A DNA stretch of 64,000 nucleotides from Bacillota bacterium. GTDB lineage: Bacteria > Bacillota > Clostridia > Christensenellales > SZUA-584. The stretch spans positions 319,170-383,169 of the forward strand of contig JAEYKW010000015.1 of assembly GCA_023408075.1 (NCBI GenBank), in the 5' to 3' direction. This document shows positions 63,388 through 64,000 of the stretch, piece by piece (position 1 is the stretch's first letter; each line of letters starts with the position of its first letter). The notes below the pieces were generated by a model. The model saw only the letters and a list, made by a program, of their open reading frames with translations. It did not search any database and was not told where the DNA came from. Made by a program: the position numbers and the translations under genes.

Positions 63388-64000
63388 TCATTTATCGTTT
63401 ACGGGAGCGTCTTTTTTTGTGCCGCCGCCTAAAAACCGCGCCGTTTTGAGCGGGCGCTGCAGCACATGCTCCAGATAAGCGATCAGCGCCGCGCTCAGGC
63501 GTTTTTGCACGTCTTCGCTGATAGCAAGGCTCCCCAAGTCCTTCGCGGCTGTGCGGGCAAGTGAACGCAGTGCGCTTAGAAACGCGTCGTCAATCGGCTC
63601 TGCTTTGACCCCGTGCGCGCAATTCGCGCAGAGCGCACCGCCGTGCTCCGCCGAGAACTTGACGAGCGGCGGTTCGCTGCCGCAGGCTGCGCAAACGGCA
63701 AGGCTCGGATACACGCCTTCGATATGCAGCAGCCGCTGCAAAAACCAGCATACCACCGTACCGGACGGCGCAGTGCCGGTATCGAGCGCGTACAGCGCGT
63801 TGACCGTCAGCGTGAACAAGCCCGACGGCACGTCGTCTTCCTGTGCCACCTTATCCACCGCATCCGCAATAAAGCACGCGGCGGCATACGCGTCGTAGTC
63901 GCCTTGGAGCCCAAAGAATGTACGCCGAATTCCACAGCCTTTGACGCCGTAGCGCCCGTCCTTCTCAAAGAACGAGTAATCGCCGCAGCAAAAAAGCGAC
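63388..64000 (-). CDS. recO: DNA repair protein RecO (3' part; gene continues beyond the window end)
   Basis: The frame of ORF 63388..63858 stays open to nt 63999 by hand translation. Zinc-finger-like CAACGS...CANCAH is typical of the RecO C-terminal domain. Confidence 0.7.
   Translation of the reverse strand, partial: SLFCCGDYSFFEKDGRYGVKGCGIRRTFFGLQGDYDAYAAACFIADAVDKVAQEDDVPSGLFTLTVNALYALDTGTAPSGTVVCWFLQRLLHIEGVYPSLAVCAACGSEPPLVKFSAEHGGALCANCAHGVKAEPIDDAFLSALRSLARTAAKDLGSLAISEDVQKRLSAALIAYLEHVLQRPLKTARFLGGGTKKDAPVNDK

Overview
The window comes from a high-GC, spore-forming Firmicute. Gene content looks Clostridia/Oscillospiraceae-like, but that is an inference and no database search was possible.

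- **nt 1-27,861:** ordinary chromosome. It carries flavoprotein and TetR modules, rubrerythrin, nnr-acpS-dmpA-birA-recX, CotF/CotJC-type spore genes, an ApbE flavinylation operon, a PadR triad, a 2-oxoacid dehydrogenase E1 alpha/beta pair, PrsA, a GH3 lipoprotein, a DEAD-box helicase and an aldo-keto reductase.
- **nt 27,862-62,145:** an apparently complete ~34.3-kb siphovirus-type (HK97-like head, cos/HNH packaging) prophage. It sits in the 3' end of tRNA-Lys(UUU) and is bounded by a perfect 50-bp direct repeat. Lytic genes run leftward on the minus strand: cro/xis, replication, a Y-family polymerase, late regulator, HNH, terminase, portal-MuF fusion, protease, capsid, connectors, tail, a chaperone with a -1 frameshift, tape measure, baseplate/fibre, endolysin and holin. 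The repressor, cargo genes and integrase run rightward on the plus strand.
- **nt 62,146-64,000:** tRNA-Lys, an orphan ORF, tRNA-Gln/His/Arg and the 3' part of recO.

The most interesting part is the visibly AT-rich lysogeny-side cargo block at ~55.2-60.8 kb, between the repressor and the integrase. It holds three candidate modules:
1. A lipoprotein with a Cys-rich C-terminal domain plus a tail-anchored micro-protein, which is a superinfection-exclusion candidate.
2. A protein with a TIR-like/DUF4062-like N-terminus fused to four TM helices.
3. A tightly packed trio of an unrecognisable 210-aa protein, an XRE-HTH::ImmA/IrrE (M78) fusion and a RhuM-family protein. This has a toxin/antitoxin or Rosmer-like defence architecture.

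Other cargo includes a membrane-anchored M78-like peptidase at the left prophage end, and an AT-rich orphan inserted next to the polymerase module between a gene and its decayed duplicate.

All functional calls rest on reading the ORF translations, motif recall and synteny. No BLAST, HMM or structure search was run.
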